A stretch of DNA of 64,000 bases from a virus. The notes under the pieces are model-generated. The model saw only the letters and a program-made list of their open reading frames with translations, was not told the origin of the DNA and did no database searches. The stretch lies in IMG/VR virus record IMGVR_UViG_3300023296_001674. One strand, written 5' to 3'. Shown piece by piece: positions 28,183 through 37,287 of the stretch (position 1 is the stretch's first letter; each line of letters starts with the position of its first letter). The position numbers and the translations under genes were made by a program.

Positions 28183-28267
28183 CGCGGGGACAAGCACCGG
28201 GCGCTGATGAGGCTCATAACCTTATGTCTTACGACAAAGTTGGTTCGATTCCAACCCACCGCAACCA
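28183..28267 (+). tRNA. tRNA-Met(CAU) with C1:A72 mismatch and long variable arm
   Basis: tgagg-CT CAT AA-cctta; tgtc-ttac-gaca arm; ACCA. Confidence 0.7.
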
Positions 28268-28314
28268 ATTCATTTATTGACAATTCCATCTAAAATCTAT
28301 ATTATATGATATAT

Positions 28315-28390
28315 GCCCCGGTCTTCTAACGGTTCAGGAAACTGGTTTTTCACATCAGCAATCGGAGTTCGATTCTCCGTCGGGGTACCA
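28315..28390 (+). tRNA. tRNA-Glu(UUC)
   Basis: Near-duplicate of 26003; TT TTC AC; CCA. Confidence 0.88.
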
Positions 28391-28409
28391 ATTATTATGC
28401 GAGGATATT

Positions 28410-28733
28410 ATGTCTACAGAGAATGAAGATACGCTGCTAAGAATACAAATTGGTGAATTTTTCGATTATTATTCTGGTGGTGGCGAAGAAATTATAGAAA
28501 AACTCGCAAAAGATACTGGTGTTACAGTAGAGGCTTATCGTTATAATATGTTTATGGATCATATACATGGCGGGTTGGTTGAAACATCAAGAAATCTTTA
28601 TGAAGAAATGATGATAGACCTTGAAAATGATTTTGATGATTTATGTGACGATGATATGGATTTGGTATTTACATCAGATGAAGATGAAGATGAATATGTT
28701 CCATGGTACAAGAAATTTTTAGGATTAAAATAA
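28410..28733 (+). CDS. hypothetical acidic protein
   Basis: GAGGA RBS. Confidence 0.7.
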   Translation: MSTENEDTLLRIQIGEFFDYYSGGGEEIIEKLAKDTGVTVEAYRYNMFMDHIHGGLVETSRNLYEEMMIDLENDFDDLCDDDMDLVFTSDEDEDEYVPWYKKFLGLK

Positions 28734-29341
28734 TGAACAACATACCATTTCACATGATTAAGAATGTAAAAACCGCCTATCAAGTGGCAGAGCCAGTAAT
28801 GTTAGACACTGATATTAATGCGACATTATTATCAGAAACAGTGTTAAAATTATTAAAACTTCAACCGTTAGAAACCAACAGTAATCAGTTATGCTTAACG
28901 CACAAAAAGGGATCAGCCGATGTATGGCATGAAGGTTCTGGATCGTTGGCTTACGTAGGTGATGCTGGCGAAGATGAAAAGAACGGACATAAATCACAAG
29001 TTGGATTTTTTAATGCTGAAAGTGCATATACCGAATTGAATGATGAAGTCAAAGGCACTGAAATAGAACATGTTTATAATGAAATGACTAAACATTATTC
29101 TATTGGAAGATTTAGAGTGATGGGTTTACTACCGAATACATGTTTGGCATGGCATAGAGACACCAGCCCAAGAATACATGTGGCAGTTAAAACATCAGAA
29201 GCATGCAAGTTTGCAATACAAAACAGTTTATTTCACATTCCCGCTGATGGGCATGCGTATTATGTTGACACCACAAAAGATCATTCGGTTTTTAACGGCA
29301 GCAATGAATTACGATTGCATATAGTTGGAACAATAATATAA
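28733..29341 (+). CDS. Asp/Asn beta-hydroxylase-like 2OG-Fe(II) oxygenase
   Basis: WHRD..RIH, H.VFN...RLHIV. Confidence 0.75.
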   Translation: MNNIPFHMIKNVKTAYQVAEPVMLDTDINATLLSETVLKLLKLQPLETNSNQLCLTHKKGSADVWHEGSGSLAYVGDAGEDEKNGHKSQVGFFNAESAYTELNDEVKGTEIEHVYNEMTKHYSIGRFRVMGLLPNTCLAWHRDTSPRIHVAVKTSEACKFAIQNSLFHIPADGHAYYVDTTKDHSVFNGSNELRLHIVGTII

Positions 29342-29350
29342 AGGATAACA

Positions 29351-29704
29351 ATGTCAGAAGATACTTTTTCAAATTGTGTAGCGATAAAACTACAAGAAGG
29401 CACGAAAGTTAATATAATATGTGAGCGATTATATGATTATTTAGATGCATCAAATAACACAAAAGATTATAGCGTGCAATCCGGCAATGACTTTATTGCA
29501 TTTTATAGCAAAAACGAAGATCATTACGGTATTACACGTGTTGGCGATCCAAATTACGAATTCATAAATATTTGGAGAAGTTTGATGGATATATGCTATG
29601 AATTAAAAATTCCTGTTAATACATATGTTCCTAAATATTATACTGATTTTTGGTATAATGGCAGCGATTGTAATTCAGAGGGAATGGATTGGAAGGATTT
29701 ATAA
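29351..29704 (+). CDS. hypothetical protein
   Basis: AAGGA RBS. Confidence 0.65.
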   Translation: MSEDTFSNCVAIKLQEGTKVNIICERLYDYLDASNNTKDYSVQSGNDFIAFYSKNEDHYGITRVGDPNYEFINIWRSLMDICYELKIPVNTYVPKYYTDFWYNGSDCNSEGMDWKDL

Positions 29705-30147
29705 TGGAAAAACTTACAGACACGTGCTATTATTATGAAGACAAAGGTGTGGCGATAGTAATGCCAGAGCATTCTAATATATGGATTGTTATTTCAAAAG
29801 CGGGTAAATATTTATTTTCAGCAAAAGATTACGACATGTGTGAAAATTTTGTAAAGGATATAAAAATGAAAAAGCACGCAACTTCAATAACTGGATTTGA
29901 TACGTTGAATGATGCAGCCCAAGAGATTGGAAAGTTGCGCTATGATGCACTATCTAAGTTTTTAGAATGTCTAGCAGAAGAAATGTCAAGACAACAAGTT
30001 AAAGACCGCAATGCCGGAAAGAGAAAATTAGCCGGTCATGCAGGGATGATGATTTCTGAATTATATCGCGCACGCACCGCTACTAAAATGTTGTTCGACA
30101 AATATAAGTGTTTCATGAAGGAAGAATTGGATGCCGAAAAAAGTTAA
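29704..30147 (+). CDS. hypothetical protein
   Basis: ORF. Confidence 0.6.
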   Translation: MEKLTDTCYYYEDKGVAIVMPEHSNIWIVISKAGKYLFSAKDYDMCENFVKDIKMKKHATSITGFDTLNDAAQEIGKLRYDALSKFLECLAEEMSRQQVKDRNAGKRKLAGHAGMMISELYRARTATKMLFDKYKCFMKEELDAEKS

Positions 30148-30778
30148 AAAAGTTTTAGCAGTTGGTGCACATCCTGATGATATAGAATTAGGTTGCGCTG
30201 GAACTTTGTCTAAATTGCATAATGAAGGATGGGAGATAACATGTTTAATCATGATTCCACCATCTACATTAGATATTGCACGACCTAAAGACGTTGTATA
30301 TTCAGAATTTTTTGATTCATTTGAAGTGTTGGATATTGAAAATTATAATATAGTGAATTATACACCACTCCATACGAGATATAATTTAAATAATGATTGC
30401 ACTACTATTACAGAGTTTGAAAAAATCGCAAATTGGTATAGCACAGAGTGGGATTTAGTTATTACACATAGCGACGGAGATAGCCATCAAGACCATGTCA
30501 ATACATTTAATATTGTTTATAGTTTTTGTAGAAAAAACGTAAAAGAGTTGTGGTGCATGGAGTCTGGATTGTATTTTAATCGAAACCGAAACTTTAAGCC
30601 AAACGTATTTGTTGGTATCGATGATCATTTTCAAAAAAAGATGGAATCATTGGGGTGTTATAGTTCATATATGAATGACGAAAGATTGAGTTTGGTTAAA
30701 TCGTTGGCTATTATGCGTGGTGGAATGACTACACATAAATACGCAGAGGCATTTCAACAAATGCATAGAATAATATGA
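30131..30778 (+). CDS. PIG-L/LmbE family deacetylase
   Basis: GAHPDDIELG, TH..D.HQDH, YAEAF. Confidence 0.88.
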   Translation: MPKKVKKVLAVGAHPDDIELGCAGTLSKLHNEGWEITCLIMIPPSTLDIARPKDVVYSEFFDSFEVLDIENYNIVNYTPLHTRYNLNNDCTTITEFEKIANWYSTEWDLVITHSDGDSHQDHVNTFNIVYSFCRKNVKELWCMESGLYFNRNRNFKPNVFVGIDDHFQKKMESLGCYSSYMNDERLSLVKSLAIMRGGMTTHKYAEAFQQMHRII

Positions 30779-31677
30779 AAATAGTGTTGGCGGGATGTGG
30801 ACTTATTGGTCATAACGTAGTTAGTAAATTACTTGAAATATATGACGACGTTTATATCATAAATCAATCAAAAATATTTCCAGAACGTTATGCAATGTTC
30901 TCTAAATCGCCCACACAAGTGTTTATAAGAAGGACTGAAGTGTTTGATTATGTAATTGATGATGTTGATGCTTTATTTTATTTTGCATCCATCACTGATG
31001 CCAAATTAGGGCCAAAACATATGGATATTATCTCAAATGATATGTTAGTTGGAACAAAAAATTTAATAGAACGAATAAAACCAAAGCATTTCATTTATGC
31101 GAGTTCAAGTATGGCGTATGGTGAATTTAACGGAAAATCACCAAGTGAAATAACATTAAAAAGTCCAATTGAACCTTATGGCATGTTAAAAAGCATTAGC
31201 GAAGAAACTGTTAAATTTTACTGCCAACAAAATGATATAAATTATACTATTGTTCGCCCATCTGCGGTTTATGGACCAAGGGCAACATATAAAAATGTAA
31301 TAGATCACTTTATAATCAATGCGATGAATGATAAACCATTAATTTTACATGGTGATCACACATTAGATTTTACACATGCTGAAGATGTGGCAGATGGCGT
31401 TATAAGTATGTTGAATAATGAAAAAGCAATCAACCAAACATTTAATATGACTGCTGGACGGGCTAGATCATTGACCGAAGCAGCAAATATAGTTATAGAT
31501 GTTGTAGGCAAGGGTGAATATATATTGGAAGATCATAATGAGTTTTATCCCAAACGCGGTGCATTGGATATATCCAAAGCAAAGTTGTTATTGGGGTATG
31601 AACCAGCATATGATTTAGAAACTGGAATATTTAAATATGTTGAATATCTTAAAAGTAAGAATATAACAAAATGGTGA
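30775..31677 (+). CDS. NAD-dependent epimerase/dehydratase
   Basis: G.GLIG, ASSS..YG, YGMLK, VYGP, DFTHAEDVA. Confidence 0.88.
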   Translation: MKIVLAGCGLIGHNVVSKLLEIYDDVYIINQSKIFPERYAMFSKSPTQVFIRRTEVFDYVIDDVDALFYFASITDAKLGPKHMDIISNDMLVGTKNLIERIKPKHFIYASSSMAYGEFNGKSPSEITLKSPIEPYGMLKSISEETVKFYCQQNDINYTIVRPSAVYGPRATYKNVIDHFIINAMNDKPLILHGDHTLDFTHAEDVADGVISMLNNEKAINQTFNMTAGRARSLTEAANIVIDVVGKGEYILEDHNEFYPKRGALDISKAKLLLGYEPAYDLETGIFKYVEYLKSKNITKW

Positions 31678-31928
31678 CAACTGTTGTTCACTGCAAAAAG
31701 CGACCATACGATGTTTATATAGGTCGCCCTGAAAAATGGGGAAACCCATTCACTATAGGCAAAGATGGAAATCGTGGCGATGTTATTGAAAAATATATTG
31801 ATTGGTTGATGAACCAACCCGTGTTATTAAACGATGTTCATGAGTTGAAAGATAAAATATTAGGTTGTTGGTGCCATCCAAAATCATGCCATGGCGATAT
31901 ATTAGCGGAGATAGCAAATAAATTATGA
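31671..31928 (+). CDS. DUF4326 protein
   Basis: YIGRP.KWGNPF, LGCWCHP..CHGD. Confidence 0.85.
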   Translation: MVTTVVHCKKRPYDVYIGRPEKWGNPFTIGKDGNRGDVIEKYIDWLMNQPVLLNDVHELKDKILGCWCHPKSCHGDILAEIANKL

Positions 31929-32188
31929 AAGATATGTACGACCAAAACCCAAATGACGTCAAAAAAGTATCATATGAAGATTTTTTATTGATGTTTGGAT
32001 TATATGGCACTTATTATATGACATGCGATGAACGACATTCTATAGTCGGGTTGCGGCACAAAGCATTAACTGCAATGCTAGGATATGAAATGGCAATGAG
32101 CATTATTGGTGTTCAGCCAATGGCTGGACCAGTTGGGCAAATTTTTACATTAAAAACAAAATATGGTGGTTCGATCAATAAGAATTGA
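31925..32188 (+). CDS. small protein carrying T4-like major capsid (gp23) motif
   Basis: IIGVQPMAGPVGQIFTLK. Confidence 0.65.
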   Translation: MKDMYDQNPNDVKKVSYEDFLLMFGLYGTYYMTCDERHSIVGLRHKALTAMLGYEMAMSIIGVQPMAGPVGQIFTLKTKYGGSINKN

Positions 32189-32757
32189 TCCATTCGTTTA
32201 TTCTACTGAACGCTATTTCGTTTCCTTGTTTTGTGAAATGATTTACATCGCCACGATGTTGTTGAAAGATATCAAATAATCCTATATATGGTGTAAAATT
32301 ATATATGTTGGAATAATCAAATCCAGAAACATGTAGAATGTTTTTACTTGAAGTAATATCATCTATTTCTTTGCATAATAATTGATGCATATGTAAATAA
32401 TATTCTTCATCGAATATATATGTTGGAATAATCCACAGCGACCTGTGCTATTTTTGATTCACGGCGCATGTTGGATACATCTGTAAATATTAAGTCAGAA
32501 TTTGCATATTCATCGTCGTGTATTTTACCGTTAAAATAAACACGATTGGGTGATGTATGACCGATTATGATTTTATCATAATCTTCGATATTCACTGATT
32601 GTAATTGCTTCAATATTTTATACTCGGAACATCCACGTTGTGCAATATTCGTTATGTTGTATATTTTATCATCGAATAATCGATTCCAACTTTTATTGTT
32701 GTGTGCATCGAATTCTGCGACGAAACTATCACCAATTAATAGTATGTTTATTGACAT
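32175..32757 (-). pseudogene. frameshifted SGNH-like gene
   Basis: GDSF..N.AQ.GCSEYKI in first ORF, NHF..GN in second; frame break near 32420. Confidence 0.6.
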
Positions 32758-32860
32758 ATATAATCTCTTATGTTACATTATTTACACTTATTTAGTACAA
32801 AATAATTAGTCGAGTATTCTCCATTTATCAACAAAACACCAATTAGCGCTAAATATATGT

Positions 32861-33439
32861 ATGGATATTAAACAAGAAATACTGCATTGGATTAAATCAT
32901 TTGTGGAAACACCACACCCTATGTGGGGTGATTTACCACCGTGTCCGTATGCTAGATCGGCAAGAATTAATGGCGAACTTGATATACAAGTGCAAGATGA
33001 TTCTTCATATTATGATTTTTTAGATCAACAAATTGAAACTTTTTATGAAACTGAGTTTGATACGAGGTTGGTTGTTGCTAAAAATAAAGATGATATTGAT
33101 ATAGAAACGTATCGCAACTATATACATGAAAAAAATAAACACGTGATTGAGTTTAATTTAATATTGTTAACTGATCATCCTGATGTTTCGGAATATAATC
33201 ATGGCGTAAATGTCCAACAAGGATCATATGTGATTACGTTCATTCAACGAACAAATAAATTGTTAGATGCTTCAAAAAAATTGCACATTAATACTGATTA
33301 TTATAATGGATGGGATGAGAATATTTATAAGACGGTTGTTCTTGATCGTTTTGATAAAACTGAAACTTATATAAATGGTTTAATAGACGGACCAATCATA
33401 ATTCACGATAAACCAACATGGATGAAACAAAAGAAGTAA
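32861..33439 (+). CDS. hypothetical protein (PPCPYA motif)
   Basis: ORF after CTAAATA. Confidence 0.7.
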   Translation: MDIKQEILHWIKSFVETPHPMWGDLPPCPYARSARINGELDIQVQDDSSYYDFLDQQIETFYETEFDTRLVVAKNKDDIDIETYRNYIHEKNKHVIEFNLILLTDHPDVSEYNHGVNVQQGSYVITFIQRTNKLLDASKKLHINTDYYNGWDENIYKTVVLDRFDKTETYINGLIDGPIIIHDKPTWMKQKK

Positions 33440-33444
33440 TTTAG

Positions 33445-33547
33445 GGATGGTTTACTTTCCGTTGTAAGAGCGCCATGGCAGTACTTACAGCGTCAGCACA
33501 AACGGAAGGTAGTCTGACATGGCGAGTGACGCCCCAATCATCCACCA
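33445..33547 (+). ncRNA. CCA-ended pseudoknotted RNA
   Basis: ggatggtt/aatcatcc A CCA; tactttccgtt/aacggaaggta; loop cgccatggcag pairs with ctgacatggcg. Confidence 0.6.
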
Positions 33548-33549
33548 AC

Positions 33550-33837
33550 TTAACCTAGCGATGGATCATCAGACCAACGGATCATAGCAAATGTTACTTC
33601 TAATATAGCATCTTCTGGCGTTAGATCAAACCACTCACCCGACACTTTTTTGCGTGCATTAGCGTGGTGTATCTTTTTTTCAAGCAATCGAACATGTTCT
33701 TTTCGAACTTCTTGTTTGTGATGAATTTTTAATTTTTGTGGATTACCAGTTTGAATGGAAGACAGTCGTTTTTCGACATCTTGGCTAAATCCAATTTTTT
33801 GTGACCCTGATTCGGGTCCGATTACATATATAAACAT
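33550..33837 (-). CDS. T5orf172/GIY-YIG domain protein
   Basis: FIYVI..KIGFS..KRL..IQTGNP, GEWF. Confidence 0.85.
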   Translation of the reverse strand: MFIYVIGPESGSQKIGFSQDVEKRLSSIQTGNPQKLKIHHKQEVRKEHVRLLEKKIHHANARKKVSGEWFDLTPEDAILEVTFAMIRWSDDPSLG

Positions 33838-33920
33838 AATGTATTTAGTATGTAAAAATCATGAATTATAAACCGACAAAAGTCAGGCGGAAATCATGAA
33901 AAAACGATTGTATTATGAGT

Positions 33921-34001
33921 TGTACTGTGGAGGAAGCGGAATACTCATTGGTTTGCAAAACCGACGCCGAAAGGATTGCAGGTTCGAGTCCTGCCGAGAA
34001 G
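33921..34001 (+). pseudogene. pseudo-tRNA, GCA (Cys) anticodon, unpaired acceptor
   Basis: ttggt-TT GCA AA-accga and gcagg-TTCGAGT-cctgc intact; acceptor not paired. Confidence 0.55.
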
Positions 34002-34031
34002 GAATAATACCCTAGAACATAATACAACCAC

Positions 34032-34108
34032 GCGCTTGTGGGCAAATGGCAAAGTCGCTGCATTAAGACCGCAGAGTTATGGAGGTTCGAGTCCTCTCAG
34101 GCGCACCA
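34032..34108 (+). tRNA. tRNA-Leu(AAG)
   Basis: gcgcttg/caggcgc A CCA; TT AAG AC loop. Confidence 0.8.
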
Positions 34109-34120
34109 ATTATAAATTAT

Positions 34121-34192
34121 ATGGCTGTAGCGTAGAGTTTAGTTACTTCGTATTAGGAACGACTGGGACAGGTTCGAATCCTGTGCATCGCA
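34121..34192 (+). pseudogene. degenerate tRNA
   Basis: acagg-TTCGAAT-cctgt T arm, tcgt/acga stem; acceptor broken. Confidence 0.4.
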
Positions 34193-34341
34193 TGCGCGGT
34201 GTTAGTGTAGGGGTAGCACAGTAAAATCTCTAAATTCGATATTTTCTCAGCCTGTAATAAATCGTAATATATGTTGACTTTACAATACCTTAATATAATG
34301 TTAAATTGCGTGCAATGCAGCATAAATACTGGAGTATGAAA

Positions 34342-35169
34342 ATGAAACAACGAACAATACAAAATCAAATTGAAATAAGTGGTCGAGGATTGCATGGCGG
34401 CTTAGATAACACTATGGTATTGAAACCATCTGGTGTTAATAGTGGTATTGTGTTTGTTTTGAATGGTTTTAGAGTGCCAGCATTATATACGAATGTTCGT
34501 AACACTATGTTATCGACTGGTATTAACACTAATGATGCTGCTATTAACACAATTGAACATATGATGGCTACTTTGTCAGCATTTGGTGTAGATAACGTTG
34601 ATATAACGTTAGAAAATTCCGAAGTTCCGATTCTTGATGGATCGGCTATGGATTTAGTGAATATATTGACGAAATGTGGTATAAAAGTGCAATCAGCCGA
34701 CAAGCGATGTTATCGTTTTGATTATAATGAATTTAAATCAGAGCATAAATCAATTGTTGTGCATCCATCCGATGAATTAACGATTGAAATGAATATAGAT
34801 TTTGATGGTTTCATCGGCAAACAATCTCGCACTTATAAACATACATTGAATAATTTTATAACTGAACTTGCACCCGCAAAAACGTTTTGTCGTGAAGTAG
34901 ACATTGATAATATGCGTGACGCAGGGTTGATAAAGGGTGGTTCTGTTGATAATGCCGTTATTTACGGTGATAATGGCGCACTTAATGATGTTCGGTTCGT
35001 TGATGAGCCTGTTCGCCATAAGATACTTGATTTTGTTGGTGATTTGTATACAATGGGTTGTATGTCGTTAGGTCATTTTGTCATTCATTCAACGGGTCAT
35101 GAATATACCAATAAATTTTTACGATATGTATTAGACGCCAAACCTTTTGTGTTGCATCCACTTATATAA
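34342..35169 (+). CDS. lpxC: UDP-3-O-acyl-GlcNAc deacetylase
   Basis: QRTI..G.GLHGG, TIEHMMA, EVPILDGSA, RF.DEPVRHKILDFVGDL, GH. Confidence 0.93.
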   Translation: MKQRTIQNQIEISGRGLHGGLDNTMVLKPSGVNSGIVFVLNGFRVPALYTNVRNTMLSTGINTNDAAINTIEHMMATLSAFGVDNVDITLENSEVPILDGSAMDLVNILTKCGIKVQSADKRCYRFDYNEFKSEHKSIVVHPSDELTIEMNIDFDGFIGKQSRTYKHTLNNFITELAPAKTFCREVDIDNMRDAGLIKGGSVDNAVIYGDNGALNDVRFVDEPVRHKILDFVGDLYTMGCMSLGHFVIHSTGHEYTNKFLRYVLDAKPFVLHPLI

Positions 35170-35208
35170 TAAATATATCTATGAACTATTCACGATAAGG
35201 TTGGTTAA

Positions 35209-35613
35209 ATGAAAATTTTTATTATAGACGACGACAGTTTAATAACAATCATGTTAAAATCTATATTAGAAAAAATCGATCCATTAGTTGAGATTGAATT
35301 TCGTGATTTCGATGTAAATGTAATAGATCAATTTATGTTATTTCTACCGGATGTTGTGTTTTGCGACATATTCATGCCACATAAAGATGGTTTTGATATA
35401 ATGAGTGATATATCAAGACACTTAGAAGGTAATAATGCATATCCTAACGGCGTTAGATTTATTATCATGTCAGGGCAAAATCCAAAATATTTAAAATATT
35501 CAGAACAGTTGTCAAAGATTTTGAATGTAAATGTAGTCCAAACAATGGAAAAACCATTGGATTACAATGTTATCAACAAAATAATGAAGCCATTATTAAA
35601 ATTAATTATGTAA
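35209..35613 (+). CDS. single-domain response regulator (CheY-like)
   Basis: IIDDD, DIFMP.KDG, MSG, KP. Confidence 0.85.
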   Translation: MKIFIIDDDSLITIMLKSILEKIDPLVEIEFRDFDVNVIDQFMLFLPDVVFCDIFMPHKDGFDIMSDISRHLEGNNAYPNGVRFIIMSGQNPKYLKYSEQLSKILNVNVVQTMEKPLDYNVINKIMKPLLKLIM

Positions 35614-35618
35614 AATGA

Positions 35619-35646
35619 GTCCCGGTCGTCTATCGGTTTAGGATAT
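35619..35646 (+). pseudogene. truncated 5' fragment of a tRNA-Glu-like gene
   Basis: gtcccgg-tc-gtct-atcggttt-agga, then abuts next tRNA. Confidence 0.55.
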
Positions 35647-35722
35647 TACCCTATCGTCTAAAGGTAAGGACGCAAGATTCTCAATCTTGAAATGCTCGGT
35701 TCAAGTCCGGCTAGGGTTGCCA
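35647..35722 (+). tRNA. tRNA-Glu(CUC)
   Basis: caaga-TT CTC AA-tcttg; GCCA. Confidence 0.82.
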
Positions 35723-35724
35723 AG

Positions 35725-36417
35725 TTATAGATGTTTTTCATACAGCTCGAATATTTTATTTTGATTTTTGTTATAAGATTTTTTGATATAATCAAATATG
35801 GGTAACATTTCTTTGCGTTGTAAAACTTTTACAGATGGATTTTGATCACTCTTGGCTTTGGATACAACGTCCATATAACCTTTTATCTCCACTAACTCGT
35901 TATTAGTTATAAAATCTGGATAATATTTGCGGATTGTATTAGTGTTAGGATTGATATATAATAATGGTGTAGTATTTCGTTTTATCGAAATATTATGATC
36001 TAAACAATATATAACATAAGCCAACTCCCAAGAGGAATCGCATAATATAGAGTTGTATATACCTTTTTTTCCATGGCGATAACTCTCAGCTCTTAGACCG
36101 CCGCTCTTGACGCATGATGTTGAACAATGAACACGAGGTGAAGATTTAAGTGTAGAAAATATAGATTTACAGGTTGGGCAGACCGATTTTTTATACTTTG
36201 ATGGATCACCAGAAAAACTTAATGATCTGTCTTTATTAAATCCTGTTGGGTTTTTATGAGCATATTCTCTATTTTCTTGTTTTCGTTGTTCAGACATAGA
36301 ACCACGGCTATTGGCACACGAACGCGAACAGTATTTGGGTGTATATCCCCATTTTATTTTTTTAGTGAATGATTTTTGACATTTGGGACAAGTCCCTGTA
36401 TAAATACTATTAGACAT
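35725..36417 (-). CDS. putative homing endonuclease (Zn fingers and PD-(D/E)xK, TnsA-like)
   Basis: CPKC..YCSRSC, DSSWE, YYPDF..VEIKG. Confidence 0.75.
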   Translation of the reverse strand: MSNSIYTGTCPKCQKSFTKKIKWGYTPKYCSRSCANSRGSMSEQRKQENREYAHKNPTGFNKDRSLSFSGDPSKYKKSVCPTCKSIFSTLKSSPRVHCSTSCVKSGGLRAESYRHGKKGIYNSILCDSSWELAYVIYCLDHNISIKRNTTPLLYINPNTNTIRKYYPDFITNNELVEIKGYMDVVSKAKSDQNPSVKVLQRKEMLPIFDYIKKSYNKNQNKIFELYEKHL

Positions 36418-36680
36418 TATTGATACTCCCATATCTGTATTGTTTAGAAACCGCTTATGTGTTGATGCACATGGCGGTTTTGTTATATATATTTATTATT
36501 TTTATTGATTTTTTGGATTATTTCATATATACTAAATATTAATAGAAGTCAATTTGAGTGTGTAAACCACCCCGAGACTATGATCTCAATCGATTGAGTT
36601 AGTTTGAACAACAGGGGACGAGATTTAATTATTTCTTTAGGGAACTTCCATTTTGATCAACATAACAAGGAGTGTATATT

Positions 36681-36779
36681 ATGATTAAAGAAACACAAGG
36701 TATAACGAAAACACCCGGCGGTGGCGGTGGTGCGATTGATCTTCGCGAAGGATTAATTGAAGGAACGCATACACCATGA
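36681..36779 (+). CDS. 32-aa microprotein (GGGGGAI)
   Basis: AAGGAG RBS. Confidence 0.55.
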   Translation: MIKETQGITKTPGGGGGAIDLREGLIEGTHTP

Positions 36780-36862
36780 TTGATTTAATGATTTCAGCAA
36801 ACGGCATTCGTGGACCCTTTATTGGTGGCGCAGATGGTGCTATATCGGACGAAAAACCATGA
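36776..36862 (+). CDS. 28-aa microprotein (IGGADGAI)
   Basis: ATGA overlap, GAAGGA RBS. Confidence 0.5.
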   Translation: MIDLMISANGIRGPFIGGADGAISDEKP

Positions 36863-36881
36863 TTTTAAAAAGGATAATATT

Positions 36882-37049
36882 ATGAAAACATCTACAGAAA
36901 CAATGATTGGTGGATTAGGTGATGTAATGGAAGACCCTATAGACACGGTTCATATTGAAGACCCATTGGGTCGCATTGGTGGACAAGATGGCGCAATCGG
37001 CGCGGATCAATATATAGATGCTAAAAAGCCACACGATCAAGATTTATAA
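36882..37049 (+). CDS. 55-aa microprotein (IGGQDGAI)
   Basis: AAGGA RBS. Confidence 0.6.
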   Translation: MKTSTETMIGGLGDVMEDPIDTVHIEDPLGRIGGQDGAIGADQYIDAKKPHDQDL

Positions 37050-37056
37050 AAAATAT

Positions 37057-37143
37057 GGAGGGTAAAATGAGCAGGGACTCGTTGCCGCATGGAACGCGGT
37101 TGGTACCATAGAGTATTCGTTTCGATTCCAATTCTTTCCGCCA
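37057..37143 (+). tRNA. tRNA-Ser(GGA), degenerate T arm
   Basis: ccgc-AT GGA AC-gcgg; long D stem; GCCA. Confidence 0.55.
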
Positions 37144-37287
37144 TATTAAGTGAAGACCACTATTTTGACCCAGTGGTCTATAAAGATGAAGCCGCTATCA
37201 TTAAGTTGAATAGTGAGTGAGGTCGCAGTGTCCGTTTATCGAGGAATCATGGATTTGAAATATCGGTTGTTAGAAACTGCCTAACAT

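Noticed and set aside
34196-34255. Amber suppressor tRNA (ctctaaa after a D-arm-like segment)
   Set aside because: No paired anticodon stem, T arm or acceptor 3' strand
36555-36650. c-di-GMP-I riboswitch (gtaaacc..gaga..gggacg)
   Set aside because: Large insert and missing downstream GCAAAGC/P3 consensus; only partial resemblance
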